From NCBI GenBank assembly GCA_002269645.1, contig NIVC01001713.1, forward strand, positions 182,675-246,674: 64,000 bases of DNA, given 5' to 3'. The notes under the pieces were generated by a model. That model was not told the DNA's origin. It worked only from the letters and a program-made list of their open reading frames with translations, and did not search any database. This stretch comes from Macrostomum lignano (taxonomy: Eukaryota). The translations under genes were made by a program, and so were the position numbers. Shown here in pieces: positions 44,452 to 55,536 of this stretch. The first letter of the stretch is position 1. Each line of letters begins with the position of its first letter.

Positions 44452-44829
44452 AATGAACGGAAAACGATTCGTCCTATCGTATAGGTCGGATATATATTTA
44501 CGGTAAAACAATTTGCTGCTTCGATACATTTTTAGTAGCAACTTATGAAAACAAAAAATAATAAAAGTTGTTAATATTTTAAGCTTTACAATCTCTTTAA
44601 AAACTGTAGCCTGTAGCGATTATCTGCGAGACACTAAATCGTATTGAAGTATTTTAACAATGTTAGATTATTAAATAATAATGTAAATTATTCTTCCGTT
44701 CCGTACATGGACAGAGTCTATTGTGACGATCTTTAGTCAGTATGAAGCAATTTTTAAAGTATAAATAACATATTGGTGGTAGTGAAATGAAAAATACAAT
44801 ATATAATTGGGTAAGGGTGCCGGAATGCC

Positions 44830-44985
44830 CGTGCATACGCTGGTGGGTGTCTACGACGTTTGCCTGCCGGACGTTTGCCAGCCGACGTTTGCCAGCCAAC
44901 GTTGTCAGCCAGCCGACTGTCTGCCAGCCGACTGTCCGAATTGAACCAACCGACTGTCTGCCAGCCAACTGTCCGAATTGAACTA
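44830..44985. repeat. Short GC-rich nested repeats
   Basis: GACGTTTGCCAGCC about 3 times and CCGACTGTCTGCCAGCCRACTGTCCGAATTGAAC twice. Confidence 0.7.
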
Positions 44986-46096
44986 GCAGCACCAAAGCGT
45001 CACTGACATCAAAGTCAGTAAAAAGACAAACGATCGAAGCGTCTCACAAGGTGTGAGAATTGTCCATGAAAGTGGCACAGCTAGTACTCGTAATTGATTT
45101 CAAGTTGGATTTCGGGTATCTAACTCTTTCCTACCGCTTATAATTAAATTCACTTTTTGATTTCAGATAACCTACTAGCGTGGACCTGGCACTGGAAGTG
45201 TAGTTCTCGGACAGTTTTTGGTTCGCGGCTGCTTTGGTACTTTCGATTCGAAGGTCTCTTTCGATCGCTCGTCGACCCATTCCAGCTTCTGCATCGGAAC
45301 TTCTTCGATCTGAATTGAAATATTACATAATGGGGTGATACATGTGTACTTCTATTCGGTCAGGGACGTAAAACTTTTTGGATATAATCCTGCGTTTATG
45401 TTTAATTTATAGTAGGGTAACAGGTTATACTGTACAACAAAAGCTTATACAAAAAATAAGATTTTGCCAGTCATACAACAAAAATCATCTGATATATATA
45501 CATGTACAATGTAATAGCCATAGTCAACTTAAGAAGAGCCATACATTAAAGTAGAAAATTTTCTTTGTACAATTAGACGTAGGAAAGTCACAGTATACGG
45601 TATTAAAAAATTCAATTATAATTGGTTAGCTTATATTACATGTACGTTTGAATATCTGCCGTCAATTTGCCATTTACATCAACCCTAAAGGCCTGCACTG
45701 AAACTGAATGGACTAAGTAGTCTATAGCTTACCAGAAAAAAACACTGTTGAAGCCATTCGTTACATGAATTTCACGGGATAGACTAAGCTACATGTATTT
45801 AAGTAGCGAAAAAGAACTGCCTGCTTTCAGTGCGCAAGTAACAGTTGATAACAGTTGTTGTAAAATTCCGTTTTAGTTTAAAAAGGCTTTTTGAATGAAT
45901 TAAATTATATAATTACAACTGTTAAAATAAACCAACAAATATTCAAGATTTTTTGCTTTTTTGCTCCACAAATTAAAAATTGGCAGTTCAGTAGCTGCTG
46001 CAACTGGTCTGGGAGAGGTTACTGCATGTAGCTTGCAGCCTGAATATTTCCACTTGCAATTTTTCTTTATCTCCAACCACAGATACAAAAATAACT

Positions 46097-46505
46097 AGTT
46101 GGGCCACTCAGCACATTTGCGTGTAAGCTACTTTCAGTTCAGTAGTAAGTTAAATAGAAGCATTTTATTGTATTTTTAAAGCCAAGGCTCATTTATTGCT
46201 TTTAACCCCCAGTTTAAACCGTCCAACCGTGCCTTTCAACATTACCCCCCCGCCCTGCCCCATTTTTATTGCCTTTCACAGAATTCCAGCCTAAAGCTAC
46301 CATATACATTTCAGTGGACAGGCTAATTTACATTATTGCTGAACCAATTAGCAAGTTGTTTACGCCTGCAAGCTTTGGCTTCTAAACTTATCGAAGTCAT
46401 TTCAGCTGACTTTATCTGTATAAAATAGCTTATGTATTCTCCTTTGCTACTGAACTAAAATTAGAAAGCTGTTTTACTAAGTATATATGCCTGAGTTGCC
46501 CATCT
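46097..46505. mobile_element. MITE copy 2 (about 410 bp), same family as 23659-24100
   Basis: TIRs AGTTGGGCCACTCAG / CTGAGTTGCCCATCT. Shares CATTTGCGTGTAA.CTACTTTCA, ATTTTTATTGCC, CCAGCCTAAA, TCTAAACTTA and ATAAAATAGC.TATGTATTCT with copy 1. Confidence 0.6.
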
Positions 46506-47579
46506 AGTGTTATTTTAGTATCTGTGTCTCCAACCAATATCGGGGAGGTCGCAACAGCAATAAAAAAAAGAACCAAATAAAAATCAATCAAAGGCGAGTT
46601 CCAAGAAAACTAAATTTGACAACGTTTAGTCAGACAGCGACTTCTAAAGTAAATATTCTATATTTATCCCGACTGACATACGAATATAAAATCCGTTATA
46701 AAAAGATATTATAATAGAGGAAACAAATGTGTTAGACAGAAAACTGACAGGGGCACAATAAATTTCTTGGTTTGCTTTTAATTTGAGTGTGCAGCTTGTG
46801 TATTTAAAAAGTGAATAGGTATTAAGTACTTATAAATAATATTAGAATAGCATTAATAGTGCAGAATAGGAAAGCATAATTGCCTAGCAACTAAGCAATA
46901 TATAGAGCCCTGGACGAGAGTGCAGGTGTGCAGATGCGCGGGTCTTTAATGATTAAACTAATTACCGAATCTCCCATGCAAACAAAAAGACTCAACCAAG
47001 ACTGGCTTGAACGCTTGAACAAAGGCGGCAAATAACCAAATAAAACAGTGGCAGTGGAAAAAACAACAAAACAAACAAAGCAGAGCATAGAAAAAGAGGC
47101 TAAATTATATTTGTATAGAAATATAGTCGTATATAAGCTGAAGGACAGCAGAGTATGTAGATATACTCGTAGATAGACACAATCTATAATAATAACAATG
47201 AGCAGAAAAATTCAATTGCACACGAATTGAAAAAAAAACTGCAAAATTCAGTCATTAAGTTAAAAAAATAATTGTCTTTTTTCAATTGAATCATCACGCA
47301 CTAATCGCTGATAGTGCCGACAAAAATTCAATATTCTCGTGTATAATAAGTACTAATGGAGAGACTATATCACAGACACTGGAATAGCCAGATATGCCAC
47401 TCGCAATTAAAGTGTCAAAAAGCGTCTACTCTTTTTTAGTAGTTCGTCTGCGCAGTGTTACATAAAAAATAAATATTTGGCAGCTAAAATTTTCTTTCCG
47501 TCCTTGGTATTTGTGGCCACAGGAGCATATGGAGTTAAGAATGAACAATCAGTTAACTCGATGTACACAAGTGAACGCA

Positions 47580-47735
47580 AGACAGACGAAACTCAGGCCT
47601 AGGGGCCAGGCCCAATCTAGCTCAGCCAATCAGGGAGCAGTAAGGAGAGAGGTCGAAGTTAGACGGACGAAACCCAGCCTAGGGGACAGGCCAGATCTAG
47701 CTCAGCCAATGAGAGAGCAGTAAGAAAAGAGGTCA
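47580..47735. repeat. About 80-bp diverged tandem duplication containing CCAAT
   Basis: AGAC.GACGAAAC...CCTAGGGG.CAGGCC..ATCTAGCTCAGCCAAT...GAGCAGTAAG occurs twice. Confidence 0.75.
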
Positions 47736-48566
47736 GTCAGGCACAAGCGGGAAAAAGGAAAGCTCAACTGTTTATCGACCTGACTGAAACCTTCTTCGCA
47801 CCCACAAAATTATAATTGAAATAAACCGGTTTCCTCTCTTGGCCACCTATTTACTCTATTGCTCGCTCGCCGTGCACACGCACTGAATTTGGGGTGTTGC
47901 TCGATCGATAATTTCACATCCGATCTAGAAAAAACAAACTTTACTACTGAAAGTAGCAAGCACGCATTTTTGCGAGTAACAGTTCTTGTTATTCTAGTAT
48001 TTGTGGTATGTCGATCCTTTTTTATCCATCAAGATGAAATATTTTAATTTTAAATAGAAAAAGGGAGTACATAGCTTAGTCACTAGAACAACAGAGGATT
48101 AGTTAAGCGCATTCCCATCAAAGTGATTAGCCGGTGATAATTTAATAAATGTATAAAAATTAAACTAAATATCGCACACGGAGCATTCTACTTCTAGTGG
48201 TAGCAGCTAAGGAGAAAAAAGCTATTCTTTAAGAGAGGAGAACTACTGTTACAAAATGTCATTCTCAAAAGTAATTATGCTTTCAATCGGCTCTAGCTGT
48301 TGTCATAGAGAGAAAACGCGCCTGCCCAGAAAACAGACGCCGATCAATCGCCATCATTGTTAGTAGTGAAAACTGCATTACCAGCATCCCGGATGGCACA
48401 AGTTTCTTTAGTGTTTATAAAATAACCATTTATTTGTTCATTTATTAAAAAATACACTTTAGTATAGTTTGCTTGGCTTGTGGTTGTAGCTAGCGAATAT
48501 TCTGCTTAGAAATTGTACACATGCTGGTCAAAGGCCCCGGCCCCACCCTCAACGGTTCAGTCAGAG

Positions 48567-49985
48567 TCACTCTGGCCGCCAGTCGGCAGCCTTGGAGGCC
48601 ACATCTCGCAGCCGGCAGTACAGGGCAATGTTGGACTGCAGAAAGCTCAGGCTAACGTAGTTCATGCCGTGCTTCTGGCAGAACTCCTTAACAAGAGGCG
48701 CCGCAGCTCTCAGGTGATGCCTAGGCAGCCTGGGATACAGGTGGTGCTCCAATTGGAACTGCAGTCCGCCGTGAAACCAGTCCATCCAGGTTGGACAATC
48801 GACATCCATAGTTGAGGCCACCTGAGATCGGATGAAATGGCCGCCGTCGTCAGAATCGACCGTGCCTAATCCGTTCTTATAGTCGCACACGGCCATGGGG
48901 AAATGGGAGATGCAGATTTGCACGTGGAGCAGGCCGGATACGGCGTGGCTGAGCAACACGAAAGCAATTGTCTGCGGCCAGGTAGGCAGCTGGCAGGCCA
49001 AGGTAAGGTACCAGATAAAGAATGTTGACATGGAGACCAGCTCGGCTACTTGAAAGTAGCGCCGTTCCCGTTTCTGATTCAAAGCGATCAGGTGCTCGTA
49101 GGAGCGAATGTACAGGTAGAAGCGAGCCACGCACATCACCGGATAGAATACCAGGTGTTGCACTCGCATCAACAGCCGAAAGAATGGCTTGCGCTTGCCG
49201 TCGTAAAATGTAGATATCGGAGAGCTGAAGAACTCGTCAGTGATGGCTAGCAGCGGCATGTGCTGAATGTCCGGATCGTCTGTCACCGAGTTGGTGACCA
49301 GATGGTGGACATTGTGGTTGAGCTTCCACCAGCCGATGCTGATGCCCAGCAGGGCGTTGCCAAGGAAGGCGGCCAGTCGGTGGTCGGTGAGGCGGTTGTG
49401 GGTCACAGCAGTGTGGCCCAGGTCGTGGCCAACAAAAGCCAGCTGCTGCAGATAGATGCCCAGGATACAGGCAGCCAGCACAACCCGGATAGGCCAGGCG
49501 GACTCTGGCGGGCACAGTACGCAGGCAACGGAGGCCGCTAGCAGGCAGAGAATGCGCAGCACCAGTCCCAGCTCCCAAGTTGGCTTAGTCTGAAACAGGC
49601 CCATCCGATGAAATTTGTCGCGCAAGGCGAAATAATCGCGGACAATGGGGCTCTGCTGCTGCTGATGCTTGACATCGCCGCAGCTAAACGGCTGGTTGTC
49701 CGCCTCGTTAACATTGTCATCTAATTCGCATGGCTCAATCTGGCCAATACAATAAGTTGGCAGGAATTTTCTAACCAATTCCGGATGGTACATGCTGAAC
49801 TGTACGCTGGCATCCTGGCCCCGACAGTTCTCTAAGGCCAGGGCGCCGCCCGGGTGGCGGCACAGAAAATTGGCAACGTCGTAGGCGCGACCGTCAATAG
49901 TGATGACGCAGCTGTTTGGCCGGCGTTTGGCCGCGTCAAGATCCGATTGAGACAAACGGCGGCAGGACTGGCGGCCTTGGCACAT
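48567..49985 (-). CDS. Cytochrome b5-fused front-end-type desaturase, sphingolipid delta-8 desaturase (SLD)-like, 472 aa, single exon
   Basis: Uninterrupted ORF with cyt b5 HPGG and His boxes HDLGH, HNVHH and QLEHH. Contexts GISIGWWKLNHNVHH, DPDIQHMP and MDWFHGGLQFQLEHHLYPRLPRH match plant/fungal SLD-type enzymes. Confidence 0.9.
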   Translation of the reverse strand: MCQGRQSCRRLSQSDLDAAKRRPNSCVITIDGRAYDVANFLCRHPGGALALENCRGQDASVQFSMYHPELVRKFLPTYCIGQIEPCELDDNVNEADNQPFSCGDVKHQQQQSPIVRDYFALRDKFHRMGLFQTKPTWELGLVLRILCLLAASVACVLCPPESAWPIRVVLAACILGIYLQQLAFVGHDLGHTAVTHNRLTDHRLAAFLGNALLGISIGWWKLNHNVHHLVTNSVTDDPDIQHMPLLAITDEFFSSPISTFYDGKRKPFFRLLMRVQHLVFYPVMCVARFYLYIRSYEHLIALNQKRERRYFQVAELVSMSTFFIWYLTLACQLPTWPQTIAFVLLSHAVSGLLHVQICISHFPMAVCDYKNGLGTVDSDDGGHFIRSQVASTMDVDCPTWMDWFHGGLQFQLEHHLYPRLPRHHLRAAAPLVKEFCQKHGMNYVSLSFLQSNIALYCRLRDVASKAADWRPE

Positions 49986-50509
49986 TGCTCTTGGCTGATT
50001 TAAGTATCGTTAACAATAAATAATTAGGCTTAAGTTGTAAATTAACTCGGTCGTTTGCACAGTCTGTCAGCAAGCCGGGTGACTGGTGCGCAGCGCTTCT
50101 CTGTCTTATAGATTAAAAAATATTCTTTTTATTAGAAGCCGAGAGGGGTAGTGCGGGCCGTGCGGCCGTCTGCAATGAGGACAGTTGAGTCATGCGCACG
50201 AGTGCACAAAAGCGGTAAGACATGGCGCCATTCACTATATAGCTAAGAGACAGCAAAGTATGGTCCCACGAGTTCTCTAACCTGATATGAATTCATTGCT
50301 TTGAACTGTTGAGTGTTCTTCGTAGCTTTACTTCTACGAGCAGCATGCAAAGAATGAATGCATTTTTTGTCACTAAGCGTTTAATTGAAATGCGCCTGCC
50401 AGTAGCCGGGTGCGAGCCAAATAAAATACACAGGTTTGCCTCCTCTGCCTCGCCAATATAAAAATGCAAGAGGCAGTCTTAGCTGAAATTTTCAGCCCCA
50501 AATGCATGT

Positions 50510-50572
50510 GGCCACGCGCGGAATCGAACCAGGGGTTGTGGGGCGAGAGTCGGACACCGCTTGAGCTGCTCT
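50510..50572 (-). other. tRNA-derived Pol III head (tRNA pseudogene or SINE 5' part)
   Basis: Minus strand has an A-box-like AGCTCAAGCGG (50567-50557) and a perfect B box GGTTCGATTCC (50530-50520) at tRNA-like spacing. The anticodon and acceptor stems do not pair, so it is not called a functional tRNA. Confidence 0.45.
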
Positions 50573-50988
50573 TTCCCCCTCTGTTACAACCGCATTGGAT
50601 TCGATCACTGGGCTCAGGGGGCTATTATAGCTCTTGAGAATTAGGCACAAGTTGCTTTAAACAGAGGCAGCATTCTGTTCCTGGCGTAATGTCCGGAAAA
50701 TGCTGCCTCCTGTTCGTGATCCTAGGTGAACTTTGAAAAATGATCAGAGATCGATGTCTAAAATGCGACTCTTAATGAGAATGAATTTATTTCAAATGCA
50801 AGGCTCACTTAAAGGCGACTCTTACTTTTAGACTTTAATAAAAGAGGCCCCACCTAGAAAAGAAACCGGTAACCTAAGAAACAAAAAAGTTTTTGCAGTT
50901 CAGGACTGCGCATTAGGCGTTATGAAAATTGAAATGAACTGATAGCAGACCAATGTCTACGTATTTTTCACTGCGAAGGCACGTATTG

Positions 50989-51023
<35 letters not shown>

Positions 51024-51406
51024 CCACTAAACCAGCGAAGGCAATTCGCAAGTGTTTGCAGACAAAGTGCCCCCCATACGCTCCAAGGGTCGCAATAAAT
51101 GCACTCCATGCCTTATCAAGTTCCACAAGGGTCAGGGCGCCTGGGAATGCACTCAGCCCCGCATGGTCACTCGGGCAGAGAATGCAGTCAGAACGAAACT
51201 ATCCTAAACTATTTAGCAATGTAAAATAAATAACGGAGAAACACAATGGTGTTCAGTGACACCTGTCAAAATATGTAGGAGGAAACTTTATTAGGCAATT
51301 TTAAATGCAATTGATGTTCGAATGTAAAGTTTTTATAAATACAAAATCTAACATTCATAGCATGAAATATAAATAGATATATATTTGCTCATTCTATACT
51401 ATAGTA

Positions 51407-54329
51407 TCAATCGCACTCATCCTCTTCACTGCTCACAATCCCGTCATAGAGCTGCTCTAATAATTTTAATCGTTGCAACAGGTTGCAGAACCACATTCGA
51501 TTCTCGGCAGACTTCAAAGCGTCGGCAGACTTCAAAGTGTCGGCAGACTTCAAAGCGTCGGCAGACTTCAAAGCGTCGGCAGACTTCAAAGCGGCACGCG
51601 TTCTAATTAAAGCAGACATTAAAGCATCTACAGGATCGCCGCTCTCTGTTCCAACAAAATCAGAAATAGTTGTTCGTAAAGCGTCGAAATTGGCACAAGC
51701 CGAGTCTAGCAGTTCGCTTAGGTAGGACGCGAACTCGCGACCTGCAAAACAGACGAATTTACAGTATATTTTTGCCTACATATAGCTATGGAAATTAAGC
51801 AGTATTTGAGACTGCTAAAAAAGAATCCCCAAACAAGAAATCATTTTTTCTGCTAAGGTTTCCTAGATGGGCTGGGCTGCCGGAAACAAGTATCAATAAT
51901 TCTCATTATTTAGGAAAGGTTCAACAGGCGCACCAGCAGACAGGTGCAAAAATAATTGCTTAAGTATTTAACTGGCCCTAATAAAATCAATTTGTACCTT
52001 TCAATTTGTGTAATTAATCTGCGGTTTGCGTCAGTCAGAAAAACCGATATTGTGCATGTGGTATTGGGTTGAACACGTCACTACGTCAACAGTTCAAAGT
52101 CAAAATAACAAAGTTTCTTTTAGCAATTTGCAGATATTTTGGAACTTTTAAACACGTCAGACAAGATATATGAGAATTATGCTGAAGAGAAAAGTTCTCT
52201 TATCTGAGCAAATTTCGAAGTTATGAAATGTCAACGTTGCGAAAGCGACCAATTTTATGTTAACTACAATTTTGTTTAGCGGATGACTCTTCCTGAACCT
52301 GACTAATTCTATATTTTCCAGCAAAGGCTACACACCTTCTGGCTCCTCCGAGATTGCGTAATCGCACAGAACTCCGTGATCGAAACCAACGCTATCCAAG
52401 AAGGCGTAAAACATGGCATAGCAACTGCCTAGCAACAGCGAATCCCAGCTGGCCCTAGCCAGACGAAGCTGACCTAACAGAAAGTGCAACAGATCCGAGT
52501 CCTTGGCCGACAGCAGGTGCACAAGCTCCGTAGGCGACAGTTGAGTCTGCAGCTGACGGAGCAGCTCCTGGCACCGCGGCGTCGGCGGAAGCAACAGCAA
52601 CAGGCGAATAAAAGTGCAAATGAACTTTCTTTGAAGCTGACATTGATCGATTTGATGAAGCGAAGTCAGCTGAACTGATGGCCGCTTGCCAATCATGATT
52701 AGCAAAACTGTTGCCAATTCAATCAGAGCTTGGCGATCTACCAGCCATGCTGTACTCTTTGAGCACGTGCTCAACAGTTGCACACTAGCCAGGCACAGCA
52801 GCTGCCTCGATGTCAGCATTGCTGCGCCAATAGAATCCTCATCGTCAGAGTCTGACTCGTCGACAGAATTAACTAGAAATAAATTAGTAAAGTAAGGTCG
52901 AAGTCGTTAGCGGTCTCATAGTTTGATTATAACTGCTCCAAGATTGTAAACCAGCCTGTCTATCTGTCTGTCTATCTATCTGTCTATCCGTCTGTCTGTC
53001 TGTCTGTCCGTCTCTCTGTCTGTCTGTCCGTCTGTCTGTCTGTCTGTCTGTTCTTTAGCTTCAAAACTAGGCACTAGGAATTATGTTACACTACTGTCAG
53101 TAGACAAAGTGTTTTATCGCATTGACTGGACAACACGAGGTGACTTTACTTCAAGAACGAATATTTTTACCTAAAAATTGAAACAACCTCAGCAGAACGC
53201 CAGTCAAAGCTTCCGGAAGCGACTCAGGAGCCTCTATCGCCCCGATGCGCTTTCGAAGAGCCAGCAGGCATTCGCCAAGAGCAAACGCTTCCAGACGATA
53301 GAGATCACTGCTTGAGTCGAGATCCTGCAGTTGGGAGAGACGCCAACAAACCAGCTCAGTCAGACCGCTGATATCTACGGATACGTCACCCTTTCGCTTG
53401 GCAATATCGAGCAAATCAGCCAGACCAATGGCCGCCAAGGGGTCAGTCGAATGTTGGCATCGTATTAAAATTTCGTTAATTATTGCTTGGAGTAGCTCAA
53501 CAGAGCGAGCCGCTTCGATAACCGTCTCAGTAACTGCGCGCAGACGCAGAGCATCGAACCAAGCTTCACTTTCAATGGCGAATCGTGCGCAATTGTGTTT
53601 AATGGCGCCAACTTGAATAAATCTTCCTGCTTCTAAATTTCCATTTTTAGAAATATTCTCCGATTGTGATTTACTTACAACGGCATCACTTCCGGTTTCT
53701 AGTTTGCTTTGAGCGGAGTCATTTCCGGTGTCCAATTTTCTTCCAACGGCATCGCTTCCGGTTTCTAATTTGGTAAGAACTGAGTCCTTTCCGGTGTCCA
53801 ATTTACTTCCAACGGCATCACTTCCGGTTTCTAATTTGGTAAGAACTGAGTCCTTTCCGGTGTCCAATTTACTCCCAACGGCGTCACTTCCGGTTTCTAA
53901 TTTGCATCGAACGGAGTCCTTTCCGGTGTCCAATTTACTTCCAACGGCGTCACTTCCGGTTGGTACCTTGCTTCTAAAAACATCACTTCCGGTTCCTAAT
54001 CTACCTCCATTTAATGCATCACTTCTACTGGTGTCCAAATTACTTTCAACGGTGTCACTTCCGCTTTGTAATTTTGTTGCACTGGGTTCACTTCCGATGT
54101 TAAAATTGATTTTAACGACATCACTTCCTTGTTTTGTTCGAACGTGTTTCAAGTTACTTTTGCTGCTATTTCCAATCTCCTGCCTGACTGGCTTACGGAG
54201 TGCACAAGCCGAGTATTCGACTTTAACGCTGACTATTAAATCATCTTTCGAATTGTTGGCGGCGAGAAGTTTCTTACGCAAATCCGTCAGACAAAAGTGT
54301 TGCGCAACAATTTCGGCAGATTTTTCCAT
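51407..54329 (-). CDS. LINS1: Protein Lines homolog (LINS1-like), 3 exons, 676 aa
   Basis: Exons 54329-53171, 52872-52336, 51741-51407 (GT-AG, phase 1/1; 2031 nt). FLDSVGFDHGVLCDYAIS followed by FASYL resembles the Lines FD.svLlDflis...Fl.Yl motif. LSAKDSDLLHFLL resembles the EQDDD-like box. The family call is from motif memory. Confidence 0.7.
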
Positions 54330-54884
54330 GAAAGAAGTTTTTTAGAAGAGCGTGATTAGAGAAAGCGCAAATAGTATTGTTAAAAGTGCCAAAAACTAGA
54401 CACAAAATACATATAAACTAGGTGCAAAGATTAATGACCACAGTATACTACTAAACCTAGTTCGACAGACATTTTTTGATAAATACAAGAAAGAAGAATA
54501 GAACTGCCCGCCCCCGTAAAAAATGGGAGCTACCGAGAAAATGCTGCACTGCCGGGGTCAGCTAGATTGACGAACGTTTTATTCGATAGATTTACCGACA
54601 ACAAATCAATTTTTCCGCTTGTGAGCGCGCGGCAACAAAAGCGCCCTGGTGCGTAGCTCGTTAAGCAAATGTAGCTAATATAAAGGATACATATTTTTCT
54701 ATTTTACTATAATTATACTATGCAAGCATATTAAAGGACAAGATAGAAGACTAACAATTGTTTTGACAAGTTTGACAACAACAACACTATAATAACAGGA
54801 AGTATTTCAATAGATGGCATATTTATGCATACCGTATCCTGCATTAGGATTCAGTTGAGCGAGATGGACATTTGCGGAGTGGGG

Positions 54885-55440
54885 TTGCAAGGGACGAGGG
54901 TTTTAGGAGAGTGGGGTGGTTGGGGAGGGTCTCTTGCAGAGTGGGGTGGTTGGGCAGGGGGTTTTGGGAGAGGGGTGCTTGGAGAGGGTCTCTTGCAGAG
55001 TGGGGTGGTTGGGCAGGGGGTTTTGGGAGAGGGGTGCTTGGAGAGGGTCTCTTGCAGAGTGGGGTGGTTGGGGAGGGTCTCTTGCAGAGTGGGGTGGTTG
55101 GGGAGGGTCTCTTGCAGAGTGGGGTGGTTGGGGAGGGTCTCTTGCAGAGTGGGGTGGTTGGGCAGGGGGTTTTGGGAGAGGGGTGGTTGGGAAGGGTCTC
55201 TTGCAGAGTGGGGTGGTTGGGGAGGGTCTCTTGCAGAGTGGGGTGGTTGGGGAGGGTCTCTTGCAGAGTGGGGTGGTTGGGGAGGGTCTCTTGCAGAGTG
55301 GGGTGGTTGGGGAGGGTCTCTTGCAGAGTGGGGTGGTTGGGGAGGGTCTCTTGCAGAGTGGGGTGGTTGGGGAGGGGGTTGTGCAGAGTGAGGTGGTTGG
55401 GGAGGGTCTCTTGCAGAGTGGGGTGTCTGGGGAGGTGGTT
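54885..55440. repeat. 30-bp G-rich minisatellite between PTCD3 stop and Lines start
   Basis: GGGGTGGTTGGGGAGGGTCTCTTGCAGAGT. Confidence 0.95.
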
Positions 55441-55536
55441 TTACAGAGGAGTAAAGTGCTGGATCAAACAGCATGCTCCAAGGTGGCAAAAGACGGATTT
55501 AATACTCTGCAACTCTCTCTCCCTCTCCCCAAGTCT

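Noticed and set aside
50510-50572. Functional tRNA gene
   Set aside because: The acceptor and anticodon stems do not pair; retained only as a tRNA-derived relic.
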